From the human T2T-CHM13v2.0 reference genome, Homo sapiens: a stretch of DNA of 64,000 nucleotides. The position numbers were made by a program, and so were the translations under genes. The stretch is from assembly GCF_009914755.1 (NCBI RefSeq), contig NC_060937.1. One strand, written 5' to 3'. This document shows positions 1 to 16,998 of this stretch, in pieces (the first letter of the stretch is position 1; every line of letters begins with the position of its first letter). Under the pieces are notes generated by a model. That model did not search any database, had not been told where the DNA came from, and worked only from the letters and a program-made list of their open reading frames with translations.

Positions 1-519
1 AGAGTGGAGAGAGGACCAAAAGATGGAGAAGAAATGTTTGGTCCTTGAAAAGTCAGAGAGTAAATAAATATAAGAAAGTGAGCCTAGAAGAACAGAGTTT
101 ATTTCTTATTTTGTGCCTTATCTATGTTTAAAGACAGACCTAGAATATGCTCTGTACCTGGCAATTGTGCTCTCTTGTCCCAGTAAGAATACCATGAAAA
201 AGGAGGATGTACAAGGCCCAGCAAACCTTTTGCAGGCTGAAGAGAAATTGGCAGCATAATGATATCTGAAATCTATATTTATCAGGCTCTTACAGTAAAC
301 TCTGCTTTCTGCTGTCTATTAATAGCTTTCAGTTCTGCAAATCTGTAGTCAAAAGATAGCCAATGTCCATAATGATGACCAGAGGGCTGCAAGAGCTTCC
401 TGCCCCATCAAGAGATGTCACATGTCCTTCAAGCCCTGAGCTCCAACCATTCCTGTCAGGCTTGTGCTATTCAGCACACCTTCTGGGAGGAAGCCCTATG
501 CCTTTCTTAGGGTCATTTC

Positions 520-1110
520 TAGCAGCTCAGAATTCCTCCCCATGCTAGCATGACACTAAGCCCAAAGTAAGGGGCTCCATAAGTACTTGTTGAATTAATG
601 AGTGGAAGTCAATGTTATATCAATTTTTCCCCCTTAAGCTTGTCTTTACTCCTCAGGCTGCAGTGGATAGCACTATTTACTCGTGCATATTGGGGATTTT
701 CCTCTGAATGCTCATGAACTTCACCCTTTCCCAAGGACTCTACACTAAGTGTCCGTATTTTGTCAAAAGGTCTCTTATAATTTCTTTTATACAATACCCA
801 CCCCTGCCACCTTACACTCTGATTGCCTGCAACAATATCTGGCACATAGGTGGTGCTCAATACATTTCCCTTACCACATTATCTTTTCTGGGTTGCTATG
901 ATACTAATACTACTAATACCCATACACTTTTCTAAATTGCATTAGTCACTGTTTTTCAGACACAACCTAAATTCTTCCCTGTTGTTCTCTCATTTCTTAA
1001 TGTCCTCCATGCCTTGGTCCATCAGTGAATATTCTCTTTATTCGCAAAGGCCTAGGTCAAATCTCTCTTCCTCCAGGAAGCCTTCTTTGGCTATTAATGT
1101 TCTTCCCTAC
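520..1110 (+). mobile_element. L2 3'-end fragments (degraded cluster)
   Basis: L2 tail motifs 'ggctccataagtacttgttgaattaatgag' and 'ctggcacataggtggtgctcaatacattt', plus body motif 'tcttcctccaggaagccttct'. Confidence 0.55.
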
Positions 1111-1467
1111 TCCAAACTCCAATACTGCTGAGGCTGATCCTCTATTCCATTAATTCCCCTCACAAAGAAGGCTTAAAATAAAATGTAATAAATAAACATT
1201 TTATTTTAGGAATTCGAGTGTTTTATCTTCAAGATGAAAATGACTTTAGATTTAATCATAGAAATTTTGGACATTTGGAATAAGGCTGCTTATTCTCTAA
1301 TAAAAGCAGAATACAAAGGTAAATATGTTAACTTTACCCAAAGGAATGATCTTTACTTATCATTATATAATGACTACAAATCAATTTAATTTGGTAAAAA
1401 GAAAGAAAGAAAGAACAGTAACAATTGTGAACATTTTGAGGCAATTTGTTAATTGACTGAATTTTAA

Positions 1468-1769
<302 letters not shown>

Positions 1770-3034
1770 TGAATTTTAATTTTTAAAATAGCTTTCCCTG
1801 TGCTAAACAGAAGAAGGCCTAAGCTTTGGATTTCTGAACAGATAGCACAATACTCCATGTTTATAAAATTGCCCAATCAATTCAATTAGTGAATATTTCT
1901 AACACGGTTTGTAAATGGTATGTACAAAAAGGGCTGTTTTTTCCCCCAAGATAACCCAGTTAGGCTTGACAGCTTGTTTATAATAGTACCCTGAAGACAC
2001 ATTCTACAGTGCTCAATTATATAAATATACATTTGAGATACACACTGTGGCTCATAACATTTGTTAAACATCAGAAATATGAAGTCCATCCAGTTAGAGT
2101 GTGTTCTTTGTGCCTCTTTAAATAGTATGAAGGGAATGAGTCTCTATACCTTAAAAGTGCATCTATAACATTCTGCTTCAATTAGCATGTCAAACTGTGG
2201 AAGTCAGAAAATAATTCAGAGGCTTCAGTGAAGAAAAAATTGGGGGGATCCCAAAAGATATGATGAAAATATATACCAAGAAGAGATGGAATACAAGTTA
2301 TGGGTAATTCTGAGAGGCACAGGAAAATAGTCCTCTGCTAAGACATACCTTTGCAGGGTTTAAATTTCTACCATTAATGATTCATCCTTTCAGACCAAAA
2401 CATCCCACAGAAATTATCTATTAAAATGGAAACATCACCTGGAATATGAATACAGATCAGCTATCAGCATCATAGACTCACAAGGGCCAAGAATCTCTGG
2501 AAAACCAAGAATTGTAACAATAGCAACAATATAGGATGTTCATGGCTCTTCTCCCACCAATTCCTTAAGAGCCTCCACTCTCTTCAAATTCCTTTGAAAT
2601 AGCTCCAGAAATTCCCAAAGGGGTTTTCAGCTGCATTCCAGAAATTGCTTCTACTGGTTGCCAAGGTACACCTACCATTTTGGTTATCTTGTAGCTACAC
2701 TTAAGCAAAGAGATAATGGTGCTATGAGACCACCAGGGACTCTATGATGAAGAACTCTGCCTTCCGAGGTCCCTGCTGCTGAGTGCCTTCAATGTTCAGC
2801 TGCTGATGACAGATGCTGAAGGAATTCATATGTTTCCCTTATAGCCAAAGTTCTAGTCAACCAGCACTCTTATGTCTTGAGCCTCAATGTATCAGCATTA
2901 CAACTTTGCTCACCATTTTATTACAATTCTTGTGTCCCAGGACTCTGGCTTAAATCATTTGAGGTAAGCCATGAGGGCAAGCTTAGTGAGAGCCAAGTGA
3001 GAACCTGTGGTATCCCTACTCTCTGACACCAGTT

Positions 3035-3285
3035 CTTTTCATCTGGGAAATACCTTGTTCTCACATATAAAGATACAAGTAAAGAGATTTTCAGGTTTAA
3101 AAAAAAAGTTGATTAAATATATACCTTTAATTTGATTCTCTCCTAAAACACCCCAAAAACTACAGAAATTCGAGTTATTTAAAACCACAATTTCTTTTGA
3201 CTTCCACTGTTGCATTTGAGAAGTCTGAACCACTGAGTATTCTTAATTCTTTGCATGTGACCAATTGCTCTTTGTTTTATTTCCA
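3035..3285 (-). mobile_element. Old L1M/HAL1 ORF1-region fragment, inverted
   Basis: Reverse complement reads 'ggtcacatgcaaagaatt...cagacttctcaaatgcaacagtggaagtcaaaagaaaa', resembling the ancient L1/HAL1 ORF1 C-terminal region. Confidence 0.5.
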
Positions 3286-3640
3286 AACTGAAAAAAAATC
3301 TGAAAAAATTGCTGTCCATCCTATAACACTGGATAGAGCCGAGATATCAATAAAGTGTCAGATAGAGAAAGACATTTTAAAACATAAAATGGCTCAAAAA
3401 AACTTATCTCCCTCAGATGTTTTCTCAGGAAACTATTGGAAGATTTACTAAAACAAAACAACAAAACAAGGCAGTCATACAAGAAAGACAAGAATGAGAG
3501 CCAGGAGCAGGAGATCTAACTCAGAGAGGTATATGGAACCTCAGGATGAAGAAATGTTTGCAAACTTCAAGAGCAGTCAGTTCAGGCCAGTGCAGGGCTG
3601 GAGATTCTGCGAGAGACTTCTTCAAGAAAATGGAACTGTT

Positions 3641-4654
3641 GAGGGAGGTTCCAAGATGGCCGAATACAAAGAGCTCCAGTCTACACCTCCCAGCATGAGT
3701 GACACAGAAGAGGGATGATTTCTGCATTTCCAACTGAGGTATCGGGTTCATCTCACTGGGGCTTGTCAGACAGTGTGTGCAGCCCACTGAGCGTGAGCCA
3801 AAGCAGGGCGGGGCATCACCTCACCTAGGAAGTGCAAGGGGTTAGGGAATTCCCTTTCCTAGCCAAGGGAAGCCATGACAGATGGTGTCTGGAAACTTGG
3901 GACCCTCGCACCCCAATACTGCACTTTCCCAACGGTCTTAGCAAACGGCACACCAGGAGATTATATCCCAGGCCTGGCTCAGAGGGTCCCACACCCATGG
4001 AGCCTCGATCACTGCTAGCACAGCAGTCTGAGATCAAACTGCAAGGCAGCAGCAAGGCTGGGGGAGGGGCGTCCACCATTGCTGAGGCTTGAGTAGGTAA
4101 ACAAAGTGGCCAGGAAGCTCGACCTGGGTGGAGCCCACCACAGCCGAAGGGGGCCTACCTGCCTCTGTAGACTCCACCTCTGGGGGCAGGGCATAGCTGC
4201 ACAAAACACAGCATAAACTTCTGCAGACTTAAATGTCCCTGTCTGACAGCTTTGAAGAGACTAGTAGTTCTCCCAGCACAGAGTTTGAGATCTGAGAACA
4301 GACAGACTGCCTCCTAAAGTGGGTCCCTGACCCCCAAGTAGCCTAACTGGGAGACACCTCCCAGTAGGGGCCAACTGACACCACATATGGCTGGGTGCCC
4401 CTCTGAGACGAAGCTTCCAGAGGAAGGATCTGGCGGCAATATTTGCTGTTCTGCAATATTTGCTGTTCTGTAGCCTCAGCTGGTGACCCCCAGGCAAACA
4501 GGGTCTGAAGTGGACCACCAGCAAACTCCAACAGACATGCAGCTGAGGGTCCTGACTGTTAGAAGGAAAACTAACAAACAGAAAGGACATCCACACCAAA
4601 ATCCCATCTGTACATCACCATCATCAAAGACCAAAGGTAGATAAAACCACAAAG
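3641..4654 (+). promoter_or_regulatory. L1 5'UTR internal sense and antisense promoter with intact YY1 site
   Basis: CAAGATGGCC at 3652-3661; colinear with the L1PA 5'UTR; many CpGs decayed to TpG/CpA. Confidence 0.8.
3825..4079 (-). CDS. ORF0: L1 antisense ORF0 homologue, open, 84 aa
   Basis: MVDAPPPALLLPCSLISDCCASSDRGSMGVGPSEPG matches primate L1 ORF0p (MAGAPPPASLPPCSLISDCCASNQRDSVGVGPSEPG); Kozak context gcaATGG; expression unknown. Confidence 0.75.
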   Translation of the reverse strand: MVDAPPPALLLPCSLISDCCASSDRGSMGVGPSEPGLGYNLLVCRLLRPLGKCSIGVRGSQVSRHHLSWLPLARKGNSLTPCTS

Positions 4655-5675
4655 ATGGGAAGAAATCAGAGCAGAAAAGCTGAAAATTCTAAAAACCAGA
4701 GCATCTCTTCTCCTCCAAAGGAACGCAACTCCTTTCCAGCAAAGGAACAAAGCTGGATGGAAAAAGACTTTGACGAGTTGAGAGAAGAAGACTTCAGGTG
4801 ATCAATAATACCAAACTTCTCAGAGCTAAAGGAGGATGTTCGAACCCATTGCAAAGAAGATAAAAACATTGAAAAAAGATCAGACGAATGGCTAACTAGA
4901 ATAAAGAGCGTAGAGAAGACCTTAAATGACCTGCTGGAGCTGAAAACCATGGCATGGGAAGTATGTGACACATGCACGAGCTTCAGTAGCCGATTCGATC
5001 AAATGGAAGAAAGGGTATCAGTGATTGAAGAGCAAATGAATGAAATGAAGTGAGAAGAGAAGTTTAGAGAAAAAAGAGTAAAAAGAAATGAACAAATCCT
5101 CCAAAAAATATGGGACTATGTGAAAAGACCAAATCTACATCTGATTGGTGTACCTGAAAGTGACAGGGAGAATGGAACCAAGTTGGAAAACACTCTTCAG
5201 GATATTATCCAGGAGAACTTCCCCAATCTAGCAAGGCAGGCCAACATTCAAATTCAGGAAAGACAGAGAACGCCACAAAGATACTCCCTGAGAAGAGTAA
5301 CTCCAAGACACATAATTGTCAGATTCACCAAAGTTGAAATGAAGGAAAAAATGTTAAGCACAGCCAGAGAGAAAGGTCAGGTTATCTACAAAGGGAAGCC
5401 CATCAGACTAAGAATGGATCTCTTGGCAGAAATTCTACAAGCCAGAAGAGAGTGGGGGCCAATATTCAACATTCTTAAAGAAAAGAATTTTCAACCCAGA
5501 ATTTCATATCCAGCCAAACTAATCTTCATAAGTGAAGGAGAAATAAAATCCTTTATAGACAAGCAAATGCTGAGAGATTTTGTCACCACCAGGCCTGCCT
5601 TACAAGAGCTCCTGAAGGAAGCACTAAACATGGAACAACCAATACCAGCCACTGCAAAAACATGCCAAATTGTAA
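4655..5675 (+). pseudogene. ORF1: L1 ORF1 (RNA-binding chaperone), disrupted
   Basis: ATG at 4655; in-frame TGA at 4799 and 5051 (consistent with CGA>TGA decay); RRM/CTD part open from 5120 (KRPNLHLIGVPE...ARREWGPIF...YPAKL); small deletion near the C-terminus shifts the frame. Confidence 0.93.
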
Positions 5676-5738
5676 AGACCATCAATGCTAGGAAGAAACT
5701 GCATCAACTAAGGAGCAAAATAACCAGCTAACATCATA

Positions 5739-9556
<3,818 letters not shown>

Positions 9557-10489
9557 ACAATGAGAACACTTGGACACAGGGTGGGGAACATCACACACTG
9601 GGGATTGTCATAGGGTGGAGGGACGGGGGAGGGATAGCATTAGGAGATATACCTAATGTAAATGACGAGTTAATGGGTACAGCACACCAACATGGCACAT
9701 GTATACATATGTAACAAACCTGCACGTTGTGCACATGTACCCTAGGACTTAAAGCATAATTTAACAAAAAAAGAAAGAAAGAAAATGGAAGTGATGACTA
9801 TCTGATGTAAATGAAAGAACAGAGAAAAGATTTCGACAACTGGAGTAAATATTTGAGAACATAGGAAACTAAGACAATAAACAAGTAATTCTAATTGCCA
9901 AAAATAATTTTTTAAAGTGTAGGAAAAGAAAGGTAATCACTGTTTATCCCATGGCTTAGCCCTTGCATGGTACACAGAATCAAAATGATGACCATGCTGA
10001 ATATTATTCTAATCAAAATTTTAAATTACTATATTGGGAGGATAGTACATAAGAAGTGGGCATTTTGTGTATGTTGGAGACAAGGGAGGAGAGCGCTAGG
10101 TGATAATCTTCCATGTGAGAAGTCAAAGATGCCTGATTCCAAAGAAATCAAGAGGTAGCAATATAAGCATTTTATTTGAAAGTATGGGAGTAAATTCTAA
10201 CAGAATCAGCTTAAAATGTTAAAAGTTGCTACTTCTTAAGAAAAGGGATGAAGGGGATAAGGGATAATGACAGCTGATTGTTAACAACACTTGTAAACCT
10301 GGGTGACTCTTTAATGTATGTGCATTTATAAGCTTAATAAAAATAAAAGCTTAAAATATTTAAGACAGTCAAGCATCAGGATAGTCAACCCTACAGGCAT
10401 ACCTAAATCCCAGGGTGTACCGAAAAATGATGCAAGGCTAAAATGAATGATGCTGTCATTTGAAGTACTCCCGCAGATATTGTAGCCCA

Positions 10490-10680
10490 TTCACTTCTGA
10501 AAATAGTCCTCTAAGGATAAACATTAGTGTCATTATTTAGTACAGATGAGAAAACTGAGGCTTGGTGAGTTTAAATGACTTGTTTGCAGTCACAATTAAT
10601 TTGCTCATTCACTTATTCAGCAGGTATCTATGGATCACCTCTTCTGCATCAGCCAGGCTAGAATTTGGCCACAGACTTTT
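10490..10680 (-). mobile_element. MIR, with a short L2-tail-like insert
   Basis: 'acagatgagaaaactgaggcttggtgagtttaaatgacttg' is the reverse MIR core. Confidence 0.7.
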
Positions 10681-10709
10681 CAGACCCTAGAATCTATTTT
10701 CTTTCCCCT

Positions 10710-13480
10710 ATCCCAATCTGTCTCCCATGAAACCAGATTCCCAAAACTAAAGAGATTCCATAGACAGACTCTTTAAAAGAATATGATTCTAAATGGAAGA
10801 AGAGCCTTTAAAAATATGTAATTCTGTCTATGCAAGTGAGACTAATTTAAGTGAGAAGGAAATGAGATTGAAGGTCAAAGTACCTAAAATAGCTACAATA
10901 TTATCTCCCTTTATGAGCTCAGATTTTTTAATATGCCAAATGAGCCAGAAAGAACTTGTAACCAAGAAAAAGTACAGAAAATAGGCACAAATCTATAAGA
11001 TTTGAGTCAGAAAGATTGTGTACCCAAACAAGATAAAGTTTTATAAATGCTCCAGATCACTAAAAATGATTAGAAAGAATGTGGAAAGGGGGCTGCTCAA
11101 AGATGTTATAATGTTAACAAATACCAAAGAGCTCAGCTATTCTTCACTTCAATTTGTTTCTATTCTCCATGGAGGAAAATGAATTATAAACAGAAGAGAG
11201 TAGAATAAATATTGCTCAAAGGTGGTTGAAGACCAAAGCACGAGAAGAGATAATGAGTTTATACTTAAAGAACTTATATGGACTTAAATAAGTTTAATTT
11301 CCCAAACCCAATAGAATTGCATGTGAGGTTGTTGAACTTTTTTGTATATTTAATTACGGAGTCATCAGTGAAAACTCGGAGGCATCTGGAGAAACAAAGA
11401 TTACTGAAATAGGAGGAAAGGTGAATATCAGAAACTAAAAACTGATAAAATGGAATAGATTCTAGATAATTCTAGGTAAATTGTTTAGCCATTTAGTAAA
11501 CCTTTAAGAAGAGTGAATCAAAGGAAGAGGGAGGCTAGGCCTTGCGGAATAAAGCTATGTGAGCAAGACCACACGTCACAAACCCTGGCCCTTACTCCAG
11601 TTGCTAAAGCCACCCTTTCTCCTTCTCGGCCTTCACCCCTCATATCTAATCTTTTAGCAGGACACATCCAAAATATATCTTAAATCAGTCCTCCCATCTC
11701 CACTGCCTCCAATTGATCCAAGTCCCTTCTTCTCTCACTTAGTTTTTGTCATAGAATTCTGTAACCGGTCTTCTCTCTTCCATTCTCTCATCTCCAATCA
11801 ATTCTTCAACAGCAAAGAGTTCTATTAAAAATGCAAACTAGACCATATTGCTCCACTATATGAAGCATCTCAATGGCTTCTCATTGTACTTTAGCTAATC
11901 CTAAATGCTTATAATCATATAAGGCCCTGCTTGATTGGACTCTGTCTCATTCTTCAAGTTACATTATGACTTAATTACCCTTTGGTACAATCTGCTGCAG
12001 TCTCACTGGCCTTTTGTCAGTCTGGAACACACTAATCCCATTCTGGCTGCAGAGCCCTAGGTGTTCCTTCTGCTTGGAATGCTCTTTCCAAATTCTTCTT
12101 CTCACTGCTCCTTCTCATCTTCCAGACTCTGTATTTCAGTCACTCTTCAACGATGCCTTCCCTGGCTGCTCTATATAGAGTAGGTTGTACCTAGAACTCT
12201 CTGTCTCATCACCTTGCTTATATCCTTCATAGGACCATCCCAATTGTAAGTATTTTCTTTGTTTTACCTTGTAATTATTTTATTCTGTAACTATTTTATT
12301 TGTTTTATTTTGTAATTATTGTATTTGTTTTGCACCTAATATAATGCATAATATTTGAAAGAGGCTCAGTTGACACCTGTTGAAAGAAGGAATGACTCCA
12401 TGTTGAATGTATTTGTTTCAGAATGACAAATAACAAATTGCATGTGGTTTTGATGTTGATGTGATGGCTGCAGTAGCATGATCAATCAGATTCTGAGCTG
12501 GGGTAAAAAGGAAGATATACCATTGGATCGATACAGATGACATAAGGACCTAGCCTATTCAATACCTTTGTCAGTAACTTGCAGGAAAAGTAGAAAACAT
12601 GCTTTTCGAGTCTGCTCATAACACAGAACCAGGAGGAGTAGCTGGCATTCTGGAAGACAACGAAGACTTGGGTAATGTCAGGTGGCTAAAGTGACATCAG
12701 AGTTGAAGCCAGGAAGATGCTGTTTAAACTGACGTGGGTCTTGTAGGGCTCAGGGAACTTTCTCACTGCAAACAAGAAGAGGAAGCACTGAACGACCAAT
12801 GGTTGTGAAAGGCAGTCATTGTGATTAGGGGGTACTCATACAACTCATTTACTTCCCTGCCTATTGTGACTAAGGCTGGTTCCTGCCTACAGGGAATTCA
12901 CAGTAATAATTTTAGCTACAATAGTTGGTCTGCAGGCTCCAGATACAAGTTGGTCATGGTCCCATGGTAGCCTGTCATCCCATGGACCTCACATGGATCA
13001 GGGTGTCCACTTCTGGGAGTCATGTTGGGAAATGTGTTGTCAGCCTAGAGGATTTTCAGAGATGAGACAATTTAGATGTCTAGAATTCTAAAACCGAGAA
13101 CATCTGATAAAGCATGGTGAAGAGAACTGGTGCTGTATAACCAAAAAGATAAATTATTTGAGAGAGCCAAAAGGCTGTCTTCACATACTTCAGATGTGTT
13201 GTGTAATAATTGGTAGAGTCACTCCAGGACTATTCTGAGTGACAGGGCTGGGATGCAGAAGTGGGAGCCACAGGAGGCAGATCCTGCCTCCAGGTAAGCT
13301 GTGCTCTAAGAAGAATCTATAGCTTTTCTACAGTCTGGTAAGAGGACAGGCCATCCAGCAAAGGGGTGAGCCACTGTGGCTGGCATGTGCAAGCATGTAC
13401 AGCATGACTTTATAAAGTACAAAGAAAGAATACGTGTGCCATGAAAGGTTGGTGCCTCTAGTCCCTTCCAACTCCAAGGG
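10710..13480 (+). mobile_element. CR1/L3 LINE fossil in two pieces (about 10710-11520 and 12400-13480)
   Basis: Degenerate L3 ORF2 motifs ('aatgttaacaaataccaaagag', 'cctattcaatacctttgtcagtaacttg', 'gtgtccacttctggg') and CR1 3' end 'gtcccttccaactc'. Confidence 0.7.
11610..12396 (+). mobile_element. L2 3' portion inserted in L3
   Basis: 'tgttccttctgcttggaatgctctttcc', 'gccttccctggc', tail 'ggctcagttgacacctgttgaaagaaggaatga'. Confidence 0.75.
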
Positions 13481-13721
13481 CAGCGATGCTAAGCCACCAT
13501 CTGTGAGGAGAGCTCACAGAGGTCCAAACAGTATAAGCATATATCTAACGTCTGTTAGAGAGAGCAGAAATTAAGCTACTTTCATACTTGCGCTAAGATT
13601 TACTTTTGTGCACGTATGCCCTGTGGAACCTGTGGAGTTGGTGAGTGCAATATTCCTCAAAAAGCTCTCCTGTTAGCTTTGAACTGGCTATCTGGCTGGT
13701 GTCCACAGATGAATAAAAACT

Positions 13722-13995
<274 letters not shown>

Positions 13996-14196
13996 GAGGC
14001 ACTCAATTCTGTTTATGTATACACTAAGTGCCATTTTCCTCTGCTATATCCTGTAATAGCAGAAGAGGTTTTAGACAATTAAATAATACAAATGATTAAA
14101 TTGGGAGTCTGTTTTCTAATGAAAGGAAACTATGATTATGTACTTTTCTGGCAGCCTTTAATACTTCCTACTAGCAATCCCTCTCCCCTCCAACAT

Positions 14197-14220
14197 ACAC
14201 ACACACACACACACACACAC
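14197..14220. repeat. (CA)n microsatellite
   Basis: About 12 AC units read directly. Confidence 0.95.
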
Positions 14221-14370
14221 AGACACTCCTCATGTGGGTTCTTTTGAGTCAATTGACGATATAGTTGAAGTGCATTAACTGACATCTTCATCCCAGCATT
14301 CACACTTAACTTGCCCGGGTAAAAATGTTTTTATTAATAGCCTAAAAATTTAATGAGGGCCCTATCTTTA

Positions 14371-14534
14371 ATATATATATATACACATATATATATGTGT
14401 GTATATATATATGTATGTATATATACATGTATATATACATATATATACATGTATGTATATATACATGTATATATACATATATATACATGTATGTATATAT
14501 ACATGTATATATACATATATATACATGTATATAT
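14371..14534. repeat. Compound (TA/CA/TG)n repeat with 38-bp higher-order period
   Basis: 'atgtatgtat' recurs at 14411, 14449 and 14487. Confidence 0.92.
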
Positions 14535-16279
14535 CCACTGCTCCTTTTACACTAAATTTATAATGAGCCTTTGGGAAAATTCTGACATTCTTACATGCAT
14601 ATTAATTCCCATTAATTAACTTAAAGGCTAAAATGCAAATAAAAGTAGTTTTGGTCTTTAGAAAGGGCAGGGCTCAGAGTAAGAGAAGAATCCCTGACTC
14701 AGGATATTTTCTGTGCTTTAGTGAGCTGCTGCCTGATTCTTGATTCCTGCTCTCTGCTAAGACCAATATTGGACTACAAGACTTAAGCAAGTTTCCCAAG
14801 AAGCTGAGTCTATTTCTTCATAGTAGCATGCCAGGAGATGCATGGAGTCATAGAAAGACCATACCCAGGCCAAGTTCAAATCCCAGCTATATCTTACATG
14901 ACCTTACTTATACAAGTTACTTATTTCAACAAAAAGTAAAGAGGTACACCACAAAAGCAACATAATTCAGCAGTTAATGGTGGCTGCAAAGACATTTTCC
15001 TGATTCTTCCTTTAGCTACCTTCAGAAATATCAAAGGGATCACTACAGCTCCATTTAAGAATAAGCAAAACTGACGTTTCTCCCATTTTGGACTGAAGAA
15101 AATGCCGGAGAAATGTCAAAGAATTTCTCCCAAACATAAAGTTCTGACATGCCTGAAATATTATTTTGGAAAAAAACACAAAAAGCACAATCAGCTATTA
15201 TGTCCATGATGCAAAGATGCTAAAAATGGTTCCCTAGGCCTTGAGATCACTGGAAAAGGAGCTGCAGCAATGTTCTTGCTCAGCAATGTGCCCGTCCCCA
15301 AATGCACAGCCACACAAGCATTACTCAGCCATTACATGAGGACAAATGGCCAAGACAGAGTTTGAACTTGGCATTTCAAAGCTGATGTTTGAGCCATTAA
15401 ACCTTTCCTCCAGGATAATAGCCTCATGGAAGGGGGATGCCGGCAGGCATTCTTCATCATCTGGCCTCCGAACACTGTGACTCTCTGATTGTCCTACAGG
15501 AAGCTCTGCCACATGAGGGGAAGTAATTATGTGCCCAAGGAAGGCAGAGAATGCACTCAGTATACTTACAGAATGTGAAGGGATTACAAGGCATATCGCT
15601 GTGTTAGAACAAGTCTCTGGCAATCTACTCTGTCGAGATGCAGGTGCCTGGCACAGCCCAGTGGGTTGCAGCAAGGAGACAAAGGGCTTTCACTGCTTTA
15701 CTTTGGACCCAGAGAAAAAGGCAGGAGAAAGAAGAAAGAGGAAGACGAGGAAACTGAAGATTTTTTTTTTAAATGGAAAGTAGCTACAAGTTAAAAGAGT
15801 GCTTCAGGAACACAAGGGAAAAGGAAGACATATACTAGCTTAATTAATAGAATTCAGATGAAAGAAGGGTGAAGTAATTAAATATTCATTATAGATCCTA
15901 TAAAACTATGATAGAAAACAAACTCAATCAAAAGATGCATTGGAGAAACAAAAACTTCAAAAATTAAGAATTTGGAGGAAACAAGAAAAAATGAGCAAGT
16001 TGTTCAAATTGAAATGTCAATGTGACAAAGTGCTCTATGGGCTTTACATTTATTTGACTGATTTGCAAGTGGCAGAGCAGAATTTTGTAAAAGTAGACAC
16101 TGTGGACCATAGTAGGTATTGCAAGATAAAAACTAGACAAGAGGATATGTCTGCGTTTAATTCAATTTACTCCTCAATGAACCAAAAGCAGAAAATTTCA
16201 GAATACAGGAGAAGACAAATGGAGCTCAGAGATAAAAATAATGATGATAATAACAATTACAAAAATAGCCAGCATTTTG

Positions 16280-16979
16280 CTATTATTAAGAAGTCAAAAA
16301 AACAACAGGTGTTGGCAAGGATGCAGAGAAAAGGGAACACTTATACACTGTTGGTGGGAATGTAAATTAGTACAACCACTATGGAAAAGAGTATGGAGAT
16401 TTCTCAAAGAACTAAAAATAGAACTACTGTTTGTTCCAGCATTACCACTGCTGTGTATCTAGCCCAAGGAAAAGAAATCATTATATCAAAAAGACACCTG
16501 CATGTATATGTTTATTGCAATACTTTTCACACACAATAGCAAAGTCACAGAATCAACCTAAGTGTCCATCAATGGATGATTGAATTTTAACATGTGGTAT
16601 GCATATACCATGGAATACTATGCAGCCATAATAAAAAGAAGGAAATCATGTTTTTTGCAGCAACATGGATGGAACTGGAGGCCACTATGCTAAGTGAAAT
16701 GACTCAGAAACAGAAAGTCAAAAACTGCATTTTCTCGTTTATAAGTGGGAGCTAAACAATGGGTACACATAGACACACAAAGTGGAATAATAGACACTGC
16801 AGACTCCAAAAGGAGAGAGGTGGGAGGGGAGTGAGGGATGAAATACCACCTATGGGGTACGATGTACACTATTTGGGTGATGGGTTCACTAGAAGCCCAG
16901 ACTTCACCACTATACAATATATCCATGTAATACAACTGCACTTGTACCCCCTAAATCTAAAAAAAGATAAATAAAAAAT
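16280..16979 (+). mobile_element. 5'-truncated L1PB (PB3/PB4-like) inserted in a MIR
   Basis: ORF2 C-terminus plus 3'UTR 'aagcccagacttcaccactatacaatatatccatgtaa'; TSD aaaaatagcca(g/a)cattttg at 16261-16279 and 16980-16998. Confidence 0.9.
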
Positions 16980-16998
16980 AAAAATAGCCAACATTTTG

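Noticed and set aside
4436-4470. Tandem gcaatatttgctgttct x2 as a novel repeat
   Set aside because: As I recall it is a standard feature of L1PA4-6 5'UTRs, not locus-specific
9590-9640. G-quadruplex-like G-rich tract
   Set aside because: The ordinary L1 3'UTR polypurine tract
14334-14619. Y/I/H/M/C-rich ORFs
   Set aside because: Translations of the TA/CA/TG repeat
15940-16365. 141-aa ORF
   Set aside because: Non-ATG start, runs from AT-rich DNA through a MIR into the L1PB, and has no recognisable domain
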